Below are positions 35,165 to 43,894 of a stretch of DNA of 64,000 nucleotides, one piece after another. Source of the DNA: a virus (lineage: Duplodnaviria > Caudoviricetes); the IMG/VR virus record IMGVR_UViG_3300044709_000179, positions 32,001-96,000 of that record. One strand, 5' to 3'. The notes beneath the pieces are model-generated. The model searched no databases. It saw only the letters and a program-made list of their open reading frames with translations, and was not told the DNA's origin. The position numbers and the translations under genes were made by a program. Position 1 is the first letter of the stretch. Every line of letters begins with the position of its first letter.

Positions 35165-36628
35165 TCAGTACATGCTGATGGAGCCTTCGGCCTCCACCTG
35201 CTCCTCGTCTTCGTAGACCTCTTCGGGTGGAGCGACGTCCGCAACGGCGGTCAGCATCAACCCGTCAGCGCGGTCAGGCGACGGCAACTTGCGTTTCCGC
35301 ATGTCGTCTTTCGACTCGATCAACACCTGGCCGCGCGAGGTGTATTTGTACTTGACCGCGCCGAGTTGTGCCGCCAGGTCGTCGTCGTCCGGGTCGATGT
35401 CGATGTCGCCGTCTTCGAACCGTTCGCGCAAGGCCCAGTACCATTCGGCCCGCGCGTTGGCGAAGCGCTCCGAATCGAGCGCAGCGGCTCCGGCCTGCAT
35501 GTCCACGACGGCATGGCCCTGCTCGGCCAGTTGGTCAACGACACCGCCGCCGACGCCGACGCCGTCCACCCGGACCTCACTCACGGCGTGGGTACGTTTC
35601 GCCACGACCACGTGGCCGGTGGTCTCGGTGGTGGCGAGTTTGGCGTAATCGCCAATGCAGCGTGCGACCGGCCCGCGGCGCAGCATCAGGATGGTCCGGT
35701 CGGAGCCGAACCGAGCCACATCTACGCCGAGCACCGACCACGGACCCGGGGGCAGACTGCGCTGTTGAGCTGCCGCAATGAGCGATGGCGCGATGAGGAC
35801 GTCTTCACCGATGTCCGGGAAGTCGCCAGTGACCTTGGAGACGAATGCGGGTGACTCGACGCCCCAGCGGCGCACCTTGTCGTCGACCCATTCGGGGTCC
35901 AGTAGCAGAGGGCGGAGCGCCTCGGGTACTGGCTCGTCGGTGAAGTTGGGGGTGTCGTAGCCGTTGATTCGAATGACGTTCCAGCCGGAGCCCGGTTTGC
36001 AGACCTCGCGGAACTCTGTGGACGGGTCGTCGGGGTTGCCGATGGCGAGAATTCGGCAGTCGGCATTGGTGGTGATTGCTTCGACGGCGGTCCACAGTTG
36101 CCGGGGGATGCCGCACGCCTCGTCGAGAATGACCAGGACGTAGCGACGGTGAATGCCTTGGAAGCCGTGCTCATCGGTGTCGGCGGGCTTGCGCCCGAAG
36201 CCAACGAGGGTGCCGTCGTCAAGCTTCCACTCATCGGATTGGAGGACCCGCCCGGGGAGCGGAGTGCTGCGGGCCTTGGCCTTCTTCGCGGCGGCGCGGA
36301 TCTCCTCCCAGAGGATCGCGTGAACCTGCTTGTAGGTCGGAGCCGTCGACACCACGAACGCTTCGCCTGGTGGGTGAACATCGATCCACCAGTTGGCGAT
36401 TCTTGATGCGATGAAGCTCTTGCCTGCGTCATGGCAAGACTTGACAGCGGTCCGTCGCTGCGTGACGACCGACTGCGCGATCTCCCGCTGTTTGCTCCAC
36501 AGAAACTCGCCGAGGCGGTCCTCAACCCACTTCACCGGATCCGTCAGGTACGGGCTGGGCGGCTTCGGCGTGAGATGCTCCAGCGCCGCCGCCGCGACCA
36601 TCCGCGTGAGTTCGTCGACCACGGTCAT
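35165..36628 (-). CDS. terL: Terminase large subunit
   Basis: SCHDAGKS, LDEACG, AIGNP, GVDVARFGSD, SPDRAD. Confidence 0.95.
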   Translation of the reverse strand: MTVVDELTRMVAAAALEHLTPKPPSPYLTDPVKWVEDRLGEFLWSKQREIAQSVVTQRRTAVKSCHDAGKSFIASRIANWWIDVHPPGEAFVVSTAPTYKQVHAILWEEIRAAAKKAKARSTPLPGRVLQSDEWKLDDGTLVGFGRKPADTDEHGFQGIHRRYVLVILDEACGIPRQLWTAVEAITTNADCRILAIGNPDDPSTEFREVCKPGSGWNVIRINGYDTPNFTDEPVPEALRPLLLDPEWVDDKVRRWGVESPAFVSKVTGDFPDIGEDVLIAPSLIAAAQQRSLPPGPWSVLGVDVARFGSDRTILMLRRGPVARCIGDYAKLATTETTGHVVVAKRTHAVSEVRVDGVGVGGGVVDQLAEQGHAVVDMQAGAAALDSERFANARAEWYWALRERFEDGDIDIDPDDDDLAAQLGAVKYKYTSRGQVLIESKDDMRKRKLPSPDRADGLMLTAVADVAPPEEVYEDEEQVEAEGSISMY

Positions 36629-36737
36629 CGCGCGCTACCAAGGCGCCCGGAACTCCAGCGCCGTCGAGCCCCGCCTGCGCCGGTACGGCCAGTCGTGTCC
36701 CAGGTGGGCATGGCTGAACTCAACGGACACGGGTGGA

Positions 36738-37271
36738 CTACGGGGTCGGCTGCTCGACTGGCGTGCCCTCGGTGATACCGATGGTCGCCGTCCCGCCCGG
36801 CACCACATCGACGGCGAGGGTCGCGGACAGCACCCCGTCGGTGACGGTGACAACCGCCGAGCCGGGCACGCCGGCCACGATGGTGACCGTCTTGGAGGTG
36901 CCGTCGTCGGTGCCGACCAGCGACACGACGTCGCCGTTGTCGACCGACCAGGCGATCTCGTCGGGGGTCTCGAAGCCCTTCGCGTCCTTCGTCGAGACGC
37001 TGACGTCGACCTGCTCGTTGTCGTGCAACTGCATGAGATCTCCCTGGGGTGCGGTGCCGGTGGCTTGGCGGGTGGTCTGGTCGACGACGGCGCCGACCCG
37101 GACGGTCATGGTGGCGACGCCGTTGACCCAGGCGAGGAGGGCGTCGGCGGTGTCGAGGAGTTCGGCGCGGGCCACGTCGAGGCGGCCGGCCTTGGCGAGC
37201 TGGGTGTAGCGGCGTTCCTGGACTCGGGCGGCCAGGTCGAGGGCCGCGATCCGGATGTTGCGCGCTGGCAC
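36738..37271 (-). CDS. Protein with C-terminal Ig-like beta-sandwich
   Basis: IAWSVDNGDVVSL...PGSAVVTVT; possible internal start at MQLHD. Confidence 0.55.
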   Translation of the reverse strand: MPARNIRIAALDLAARVQERRYTQLAKAGRLDVARAELLDTADALLAWVNGVATMTVRVGAVVDQTTRQATGTAPQGDLMQLHDNEQVDVSVSTKDAKGFETPDEIAWSVDNGDVVSLVGTDDGTSKTVTIVAGVPGSAVVTVTDGVLSATLAVDVVPGGTATIGITEGTPVEQPTP

Positions 37272-37502
37272 GGTGCCGCCCTTCGGGGGTTTGATGTTTC
37301 GGGTCGGCCGGACGCCACATCGCAGCAACGTCCGGCCTCTACCCGCCCGCACCCTCCGGCGCGATGTACGGGCCACCCGTGGCGTTGGGGAGGCTGGGCG
37401 GCCCGAGCTGTGCCGGGTCGGGGAAATCGGTACCCCCGTCCGATCGCCGACCCGGCGGTCCCGCTCAACGTCCCGGCACGCGGAGGACGGAGCGTGGACA
37501 AC

Positions 37503-37527
37503 AAAAAGCCCGGCGGGGTGGCCGGGC
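37503..37527 (-). terminator. Intrinsic terminator just after the late promoter
   Basis: GCCCGGC-6nt-GCCGGGC-TTTTTG. Confidence 0.75.
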
Positions 37528-37563
37528 CGAAGATCCACTCTCGTTGAGAGTAAGACTGGCCCC

Positions 37564-37592
37564 TTTATCGCAGATCTTGGTGCGACTGTCAA
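37564..37592 (-). promoter_or_regulatory. Putative late promoter
   Basis: TTGACA-17nt-GATAAA with TGn extension. Confidence 0.55.
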
Positions 37593-37610
37593 GCCACTCG
37601 CCCGAACGGC

Positions 37611-38315
37611 CTACGCCGCTACCTGGCCTTCCCGCCGGCGCCGGACCTCCACCGCCGCCGCCCGTGCCGCCGCCATCGTCTCGCCCGACTGGCGCTGATA
37701 GGCGGTCACGTGCGCCGCCAGGATGGTGATCTGACCCTCACCACCGCTCGGGTCCTGCGTCCAGCGTGCCCCGCAGCCGACGCAGCGGGCGACGGGGTTG
37801 TCGGCGTCCGGGTGGGCGAGCAGGGAGCCCCGGGCGTTGCAGGCGGGACACGGGGCCAGCAGTTCGCGCGGCGCCGCCCGCCAGCCACAGATGATCTCAC
37901 TCTGCCACTGCCACGACCGGAGTTCGGAGCGCAGCACTCGCTGATCGTCGTGACTGCGGCGGCTCGCGGCGCCGACCAGCCCGCGGATGTGGTCCTCGAC
38001 CTCGGGCCGATTGGCCAAGTCGAGCCCCCACTGCAGTGCCCGCCGCTTCGCCCCGAACGCGACGGCGGCCAGCAGTGAGACGGCGTCGATGGCGACCGGC
38101 ACACTGCCCTCGCCACCGCCACCGCCCTCGCCGCCGTCGTTGCCCGGCTCGGCCCGGTCTCGAAGCTGTTGGATGAGTCCGGGCACGATGGTGCGATGCG
38201 GCTCGATGGGCTTGCGGTGGCGGTTGCGGTCCCACTCGTAGCGGGGCTCGGCGTGCTGGCGAGGGTCGCAGAGTTGCTCGGCGGCGTCGGCGATGTCCTG
38301 GAGGGTGTCACTCAT
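37611..38315 (-). CDS. Zn-ribbon protein, putative late-gene regulator
   Basis: CPAC...CVGC; last gene before the late promoter. Confidence 0.55.
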   Translation of the reverse strand: MSDTLQDIADAAEQLCDPRQHAEPRYEWDRNRHRKPIEPHRTIVPGLIQQLRDRAEPGNDGGEGGGGGEGSVPVAIDAVSLLAAVAFGAKRRALQWGLDLANRPEVEDHIRGLVGAASRRSHDDQRVLRSELRSWQWQSEIICGWRAAPRELLAPCPACNARGSLLAHPDADNPVARCVGCGARWTQDPSGGEGQITILAAHVTAYQRQSGETMAAARAAAVEVRRRREGQVAA

Positions 38316-38432
38316 CGGGGGAACTCTCCCTGTTTTCGCAGGTGGGGCCTATGATCGCGATCAGGAAGAGCCTCGCTGGCGGCTCTGACGCGGTCCCCGG
38401 GCGGGCAGTTCGGGGACCGCGGTAGTTTTCGG

Positions 38433-39035
38433 TCAGCCCCTACGTCTGCGCCGCTTCGCCCGCCGCCAGTACGCGCCCCGCATCGGCGACAGGTGCCGCG
38501 AGTCCGCGAACCGCCGACGCCACTTCCGCCGGAACTCCTCGCGCTTCGTGGCCCGACGCAGCCGGGCAGCCTCACTCGGCGACAGGATCGGCACGAATGG
38601 CTGATAGGGCACCGACATGGCCGTTCGTGCCCACGCCCGCATGTCGGCCAGCGGGTCGAACTTAGGCGAGTTCCACGTGAACGGTCCGACCGGCATCTCC
38701 AGCGCCTTGTTGTCGATCAGGTAGAGGTGGTCGGCGTCCGGCAGGTGCGGCGACTCGACCACCTCGACCCGGGGCCAGACGTCGCGGGTTGCTTCGCGCA
38801 CTCGGTCCGCGCGGTCCGGATGGACGATCGCGGTGTGGGTCGGGCGCATGAACCGCTCCAGGGTCGCCCGAACCTCCTTGCCGGTGGGTGGTGGCGGAAC
38901 GGTGGCCCGGATGGTCGACGCGAACTGCGCCAAGAGGTCATGGCAGCCAGTGGCCGTCAGGGGGCCCTCGTACTGCTTGGTCAGGTCGTGCGGAACCGTG
39001 TAGCCCCACTTGCCGACCTCCGGCGCCTCACTCAC
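38433..39035 (-). CDS. Hypothetical protein
   Basis: GTGA-coupled. Confidence 0.6.
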   Translation of the reverse strand: MSEAPEVGKWGYTVPHDLTKQYEGPLTATGCHDLLAQFASTIRATVPPPPTGKEVRATLERFMRPTHTAIVHPDRADRVREATRDVWPRVEVVESPHLPDADHLYLIDNKALEMPVGPFTWNSPKFDPLADMRAWARTAMSVPYQPFVPILSPSEAARLRRATKREEFRRKWRRRFADSRHLSPMRGAYWRRAKRRRRRG

Positions 39036-39319
39036 GGCCCCACCTCGAATTCCACCGCGAACTCGTCGACCGCCGATCGCGTCCACCCGCCAGGGCACTC
39101 GACCACCCAGTCGAAGTCGTACATGAGCCGCCAGGTCCCGCCGTGCTTGGCGGACCGGACCGCCGCCGTGGCATCCGGATCATCGGGGCAGTCCTCGACC
39201 GCCTCAAACGTGTCGGGGCCAAGCAGGGCGACGATCTCGGCTTCGTTGTTGCCGGTCCACTGAATGGCGCGGACCGTGGCGGCGTGGCGGCGGAAGGCGC
39301 CCGGAGACTCGTCGCTCAC
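39032..39319 (-). CDS. Hypothetical phage protein
   Basis: VRAIQWTGNN...DWVV conserved phage pattern. Confidence 0.7.
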   Translation of the reverse strand: MSDESPGAFRRHAATVRAIQWTGNNEAEIVALLGPDTFEAVEDCPDDPDATAAVRSAKHGGTWRLMYDFDWVVECPGGWTRSAVDEFAVEFEVGP

Positions 39320-39786
39320 AACCCACCACCCCCGAGTGCCGCGTACCCGATCGCCGTCTGCCGCATCTGGCAGGCGTCAAGCATGATCAGGTGGTCGGCG
39401 GTCCGCTCTTCGGGTGGCAGCGCCCGCCATTCGGCGTAGAGGCGGTCGGCCTCGCGGAGTCGGCGCAGCGCTTCGGCGCGGGCCTGGGCGTGGGTGATGT
39501 CGTCGTGATCCATGACGGTCTCCTCCAGGTCCGTCGGTGCGGACTCCGCAGCGTTGTGGCACGGGCAGATGCACCGCGCCCCGCACGCCTCCGCGTGCTT
39601 GCACTGCGAGGGCTTGCGTTCCACGCCCGGCGCCAACTCGTCCGCCTTGCACAGGTCGTGCAGTTCCGGCCGGTCGTAGGCGAGCGCGTGCCGACAGTGG
39701 GTTGACCAGTACGTGTGCGTGACGCCGTCCGGGGCCACCTCGATCACGTCGAGGTAGACCTCGTGGCGCTGATCAGATTTGGTCAT
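39316..39786 (-). CDS. Cys/His-rich hypothetical protein
   Basis: HTYWSTHCRH...CICPCH. Confidence 0.7.
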   Translation of the reverse strand: MTKSDQRHEVYLDVIEVAPDGVTHTYWSTHCRHALAYDRPELHDLCKADELAPGVERKPSQCKHAEACGARCICPCHNAAESAPTDLEETVMDHDDITHAQARAEALRRLREADRLYAEWRALPPEERTADHLIMLDACQMRQTAIGYAALGGGGL

Positions 39787-40013
39787 GCCGCCTCCCGTTG
39801 CTCGCCAGCCGCCTCGGCCAGCACCTGCCGCAGCGACTCCATGAGTTGCTCCCTCGTCGCCCCGTCGCCGGCCCGATCGATCGCGGCCTCCAGCCAGCCG
39901 GCCGTCAACTTCGCCTGATCGGCGACGAACGCGCCGCGGATCAGGGCGAACCCGGCGAGGATCTGCTGGCAACGGCCGTAGTCGCAGATAGGGCGGAGAC
40001 CGGGTGCGGTCAT
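39783..40013 (-). CDS. Hypothetical protein
   Basis: ATGA-coupled on both sides. Confidence 0.6.
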   Translation of the reverse strand: MTAPGLRPICDYGRCQQILAGFALIRGAFVADQAKLTAGWLEAAIDRAGDGATREQLMESLRQVLAEAAGEQREAA

Positions 40014-40540
40014 GACGGTCGCGCCTCGATCTGGGGCAGCGGCAGGCCCAGTTCGCCGGAGAGCCGGACCATCTCCGCCTCGATCATGTCGACGGTGATC
40101 GCCTCGACCTTAACGGGGGCGTAGAGGCCCAACAGCTTCGCGCGGTGGTCGCTGATCTTCAGGACGCGGTCGATGGCGGCGAGGATTGGTCCGTGGTCGA
40201 TGAGCGGCTCGTCGGTGTCCGGGTCACAGACGACGCGGCCTTGGCTGACCACGATGTGCTTGGCGCACAGCACGTCCCAGGCCTTGCGCAGCAGGATGTT
40301 GAGTCGGGCGATCTCCATGGCGCGGACCTGGGCGGCCGGCTCCTGAACCGTGGCGAGCAGGGCGCGTTCGACGGCCTTGTAGGCACCAGAAGGATCCTGG
40401 TAGCCGAGCTGTGCCGCGATCTCATGGAACTCCAAGCCCTGCGCCCGAAGGCGAGCCGCGTTCGCGTCCCGTTCGGCAGTATCGACCGTTCGCAGGAACC
40501 GCCCCTTACCGGAACGGTTGCCGGGGCTGGTGTTTGCCAT
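40010..40540 (-). CDS. Terminase small subunit-like HTH protein
   Basis: LRAQG...EIAAQLGY; AIDRVLKISDHRAKLLGLYAP. Confidence 0.65.
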   Translation of the reverse strand: MANTSPGNRSGKGRFLRTVDTAERDANAARLRAQGLEFHEIAAQLGYQDPSGAYKAVERALLATVQEPAAQVRAMEIARLNILLRKAWDVLCAKHIVVSQGRVVCDPDTDEPLIDHGPILAAIDRVLKISDHRAKLLGLYAPVKVEAITVDMIEAEMVRLSGELGLPLPQIEARPS

Positions 40541-40543
40541 GGT

Positions 40544-40993
40544 TCAGACCCCCCGGCCTGCGGAAACGTCGTTCAACTCGGTCAGCAACCACGGCAGGAG
40601 ATCGGCGTCCCAGACCTCGGCGAAGACCGCCAGTTGCGCCGGGGTGGGGTGGGTCAGGCGGAGGACCTCGACGGTGCGGGTCCGGATGGCATCGGCGAGG
40701 GTGGACCGCACCCCAGATGCCTCGCCCGCCCGCTCAGCGCCACGCTGGACGTCTAGCACCCCCGGGTCGGTGGAATCGGACGCCAACGGTTCCGGGAGGC
40801 TCTCAGGGCGTTTTGGCCAGGCGCACGGCAGCGGCTCCGGCTTCTCGCCCGGCTTGACCGGCACGAGGTGCCCGTGCTGGCGCAGCAGGTGCCGGTAGGT
40901 CACGCCGTCGCCGCCCGACTGGCGCCAGAGCTCAAACGGGGTCAGCCTCGGTGGCAGGACGTCGGATGGCCCGTCGCCTCCTTGGCCAGTCAC
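40544..40993 (-). CDS. Hypothetical protein
   Basis: Coupled in operon. Confidence 0.55.
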   Translation of the reverse strand: MTGQGGDGPSDVLPPRLTPFELWRQSGGDGVTYRHLLRQHGHLVPVKPGEKPEPLPCAWPKRPESLPEPLASDSTDPGVLDVQRGAERAGEASGVRSTLADAIRTRTVEVLRLTHPTPAQLAVFAEVWDADLLPWLLTELNDVSAGRGV

Positions 40994-41259
40994 GCCGCAC
41001 TCCGCAGTGCGCGCAACTGCTCCATGCGCGCCTCGTCAGCGGGCATGCCCCATACGACGTAGCCGGGTCGCTCCCGGGCGACCATGCCGACGCTGGCCGG
41101 TGGCACGCACGCCCCGTTGCGGCGGTGCCGGTCGAAGCCGCCGACCGCCGTGAAGGTGTTGTGGCACGCCCCGCAGTGCGCGGTGGAGGTGCCGGCCCAG
41201 CGGTTCGGGCACTTCCCGCAGGCGTGCGGTAGCTGCCGCTCGACGTCGGGGGTGGTCAT
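40990..41259 (-). CDS. FDXHR-type zinc-binding protein
   Basis: HCGACHNTF....FDRHR...C.PP. Confidence 0.75.
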   Translation of the reverse strand: MTTPDVERQLPHACGKCPNRWAGTSTAHCGACHNTFTAVGGFDRHRRNGACVPPASVGMVARERPGYVVWGMPADEARMEQLRALRSAA

Positions 41260-41591
41260 CGCGCCTCCCTGTGGGCAGATGTGGGGTCGAGGAGGGTCCC
41301 GCGTCCGTTTTCACGCGGAAGCCCGGATCTTGGCTCCACGGCCGACGGTGAACCGCCGTTGGGGCCTTCCTGTCGCAGGGCGGCCCTGACGGCTCGCTCC
41401 CGCAGGTGGCTGAGGATCTTCCGCTCGTCGTCGGTGGCTTCACGCGCCGCTGCGTGGTGCGGCTCCTCGCTCCGCCCCCACGTGCACGCCCCATGACCGT
41501 CGCAGGCCGCGTCGTGCTCACGGTTCTGTTCGACGGTCAGATGTCCGCCGTGGCCGGCACGCCAGTAGCCGACCTTCATCTCGTCGCTCAC
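41256..41591 (-). CDS. Hypothetical protein
   Basis: Coupled in operon. Confidence 0.55.
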   Translation of the reverse strand: MSDEMKVGYWRAGHGGHLTVEQNREHDAACDGHGACTWGRSEEPHHAAAREATDDERKILSHLRERAVRAALRQEGPNGGSPSAVEPRSGLPRENGRGTLLDPTSAHREAR

Positions 41592-41884
41592 CGCGCCACC
41601 TCCGCCATCCGCTTCCGCAGGCTGGTCAGCGCCTGCCGCTCCGTCTCGGCGGTCGGATCCGCCTCACGCTGCGCCCATCCGCCGTGGGCTTCGATGCTGG
41701 CCTCGACCCTGCGCCAGTCGGCGGACTTGCGGATGACGCAGGCGGCGGTGTCGAAGGTGCCGAGCCAACGGAAGCCACGCCTGTCGGTAGGGTCGTTGAC
41801 GGTGACGTTGAGCCAGCCGGATGGAAACGGGACATCGGCGAGTGCGGCACAGTGGCCGCAGTGAGGGACGTTCGCGCGGGTCAT
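41588..41884 (-). CDS. Hypothetical protein
   Basis: CxxC; coupled. Confidence 0.6.
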   Translation of the reverse strand: MTRANVPHCGHCAALADVPFPSGWLNVTVNDPTDRRGFRWLGTFDTAACVIRKSADWRRVEASIEAHGGWAQREADPTAETERQALTSLRKRMAEVAR

Positions 41885-42219
41885 GCGGCAGCCCTCACGC
41901 TGTCACGCGCCACCTTGACCGGCACGCGGCACGCCGTCACGGTCACCTTCAACTGCGGCTGGTCCTTCCACATGCCGACGCCGCCAGTGCCCTTGATCTC
42001 GACCTCGTCACCTTTGGCGAAGCCAGCGAGGGCGGGAGCTACGTCCTTGAACGCGATGATCGAGGCGACCACGCCGTCACCTTCGGTCCAGCCGTCGTCG
42101 CCCTTACGCCACGTCTGGAATTTGAGGACGGCGCTGCACCATGGCGAGCCGTCCTGGCTCGCGCCTTGCTTCGGGTCGGTCAGTAGCTTGCCGGTGCCGT
42201 GGAGGGTGGGGAGGCTCAC
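41881..42219 (-). CDS. ssb: Single-stranded DNA-binding protein (short, no acidic tail)
   Basis: LHGTGKLLTDP...AF...KGDEVEIKG OB-fold. Confidence 0.75.
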   Translation of the reverse strand: MSLPTLHGTGKLLTDPKQGASQDGSPWCSAVLKFQTWRKGDDGWTEGDGVVASIIAFKDVAPALAGFAKGDEVEIKGTGGVGMWKDQPQLKVTVTACRVPVKVARDSVRAAA

Positions 42220-42515
42220 AGGTAGTCCTTTCGGGGGTCAACGACATGGAGGCCACGTGCGGGGGTTGGCCAGTCGCACTCGACGGTTGGGTTGGGGAAC
42301 GCCTTGCATGGGCGGGCGCGCAACGCTTCGGCGCGTGATTTAGGGGCGAGGTCGCCGAGGATGCGCTCCCAAGTCGGCTCGTCCACGAAGCAGGCGACCT
42401 CGCGCCACGTGGTGATGGGCTTGGCTGCTCGACCGGCGGCCAACGAGCGCTCCATAACGCGGGCGGCCTGCGCGTCGTTCTCGGCTGCCCATCGCTCGTA
42501 CTGCTCGCTGGTCAT
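42216..42515 (-). CDS. Hypothetical protein
   Basis: ATGA-coupled. Confidence 0.55.
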   Translation of the reverse strand: MTSEQYERWAAENDAQAARVMERSLAAGRAAKPITTWREVACFVDEPTWERILGDLAPKSRAEALRARPCKAFPNPTVECDWPTPARGLHVVDPRKDYL

Positions 42516-43894
42516 GCGGCTACCGACCTGCTGGGGGTCCAGGCGTCCGCCATGGACACGAACCGGGTCAGGTGAAACTGGGCCCCAAGAGTGACGCAGT
42601 CCTTGACGCCACCGCGGTTCTTCTCGATGAGGAAGTCGGCCTCTCCCGCACGGGGGGACTCCTTGTCGTAGTAGTCCTCACGGTGGATGAGGATCACCAC
42701 GTCGGAGGAGTTCTCGATCTCGCCGGACTCGCGTAGGTCGCTGAGGGCGGGCCGCTTGTCGGGGCGCTGCCCCGGCCCCCGGTTGATCTGCGCCGCAGTG
42801 AGGACCAGCAGCCGCTCGTTGAGCGCGAGCTCCTTCATGCGCTGAACAATCGACGACACGTCGAGCTGGCGGTTCTCCTTCTTGCCGTCGGGCTTGACGA
42901 TCTGCAGGTAGTCGATGATGACGGTGTGGATGGCACCGTACCGGTGTTGGTGCTGACGGATGGTGTTGATGATCTGCGTCATGGACTTGACGCCCTCGAC
43001 GATCCACAGTGGCGACGCCTCGAAGCGTTGGCGGGCGTTGTCGACGCGCACGAGCTCATCGGGGCTGAGTTCCCGCCCCTTGACCAGGTGCTCCGGAATG
43101 CCGGTGAGCGCCGACAGGATGCGGTACAGCACATGCTCGGCGCTCATCTCCAGCGTGAACATGATGGTGGGAATCTGCCGGTCCACGCCGAAATGCCGAG
43201 CGCAGTCGGTGACCGCGATGGACTTGCCCATGCCGGTCGCGCCACCAAAGGCGACGACCTGACCGCGCTCAAAGCCGCCAGCCGGCAGGAGACGGTTCAC
43301 GTCCACCCATGGCGTCGGAATGCCCGCGTCCTGGCCGTAGTCGAAGTAGGTGGTGATGTAGTCGGCAGCGAGTTCGCCGATGTGCCGCACGCCCGTATCT
43401 GGGTTCACGACCCTGTTGGCCGCGGCGACGACAGTCTCCGCGAGTGCGGCGACCTGTCCGAGTTCCATGCCGGGGGTCTTGAGCGCGTTGCCGAGTCGAT
43501 TGGCCTGGACGTCAACCGTCCGCCAGGTGTGGCGTTCGGCAAGCAGTCTCGCCCAGTAGGCACCCTGTGCGGCTACTGCCTGCTGGTAGAGGTCGAAGAC
43601 GTAGGCACTGTGGGGGAGTCGACCGATGAGTCCGTTGCGGATGAGCCGCTCCGTGATCGCGGTCGGATGCACCGGCTGGTTGCCGTCGGCCGCGTCACAG
43701 ATGACAGTCCAGATCTCACCGTGGCGAGGGTCCGCGAACGACGCTGCTTCGATGAGCACGCGCATGCCGGGTATCTCGCCGGGGGATTCCATGGCGGTGC
43801 CAAGGACGTGCCGCTCGATGCCGACCCCGTTGTCGTCAGCGACGGGATTGCCGGGGGCGGGCACGGCGGCAAGGTGTCGGGCTGCGTCAGGCAC
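42512..43894 (-). CDS. dnaB: Replicative DNA helicase
   Basis: GATGMGKS, FTLEMS, IIDYLQ, AQINR, LSDLRESGEIE, KNRGG. Confidence 0.95.
   Translation of the reverse strand: MPDAARHLAAVPAPGNPVADDNGVGIERHVLGTAMESPGEIPGMRVLIEAASFADPRHGEIWTVICDAADGNQPVHPTAITERLIRNGLIGRLPHSAYVFDLYQQAVAAQGAYWARLLAERHTWRTVDVQANRLGNALKTPGMELGQVAALAETVVAAANRVVNPDTGVRHIGELAADYITTYFDYGQDAGIPTPWVDVNRLLPAGGFERGQVVAFGGATGMGKSIAVTDCARHFGVDRQIPTIMFTLEMSAEHVLYRILSALTGIPEHLVKGRELSPDELVRVDNARQRFEASPLWIVEGVKSMTQIINTIRQHQHRYGAIHTVIIDYLQIVKPDGKKENRQLDVSSIVQRMKELALNERLLVLTAAQINRGPGQRPDKRPALSDLRESGEIENSSDVVILIHREDYYDKESPRAGEADFLIEKNRGGVKDCVTLGAQFHLTRFVSMADAWTPSRSVAA

Noticed and set aside
14374-36628. Many long overlapping + strand and alternate-frame ORFs (e.g. 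16312-17805, 26779-28392, 34361-35854)
   Set aside because: Shadow ORFs expected in high-GC DNA; Arg/Pro/Gly-biased and overlapping clearly assigned genes
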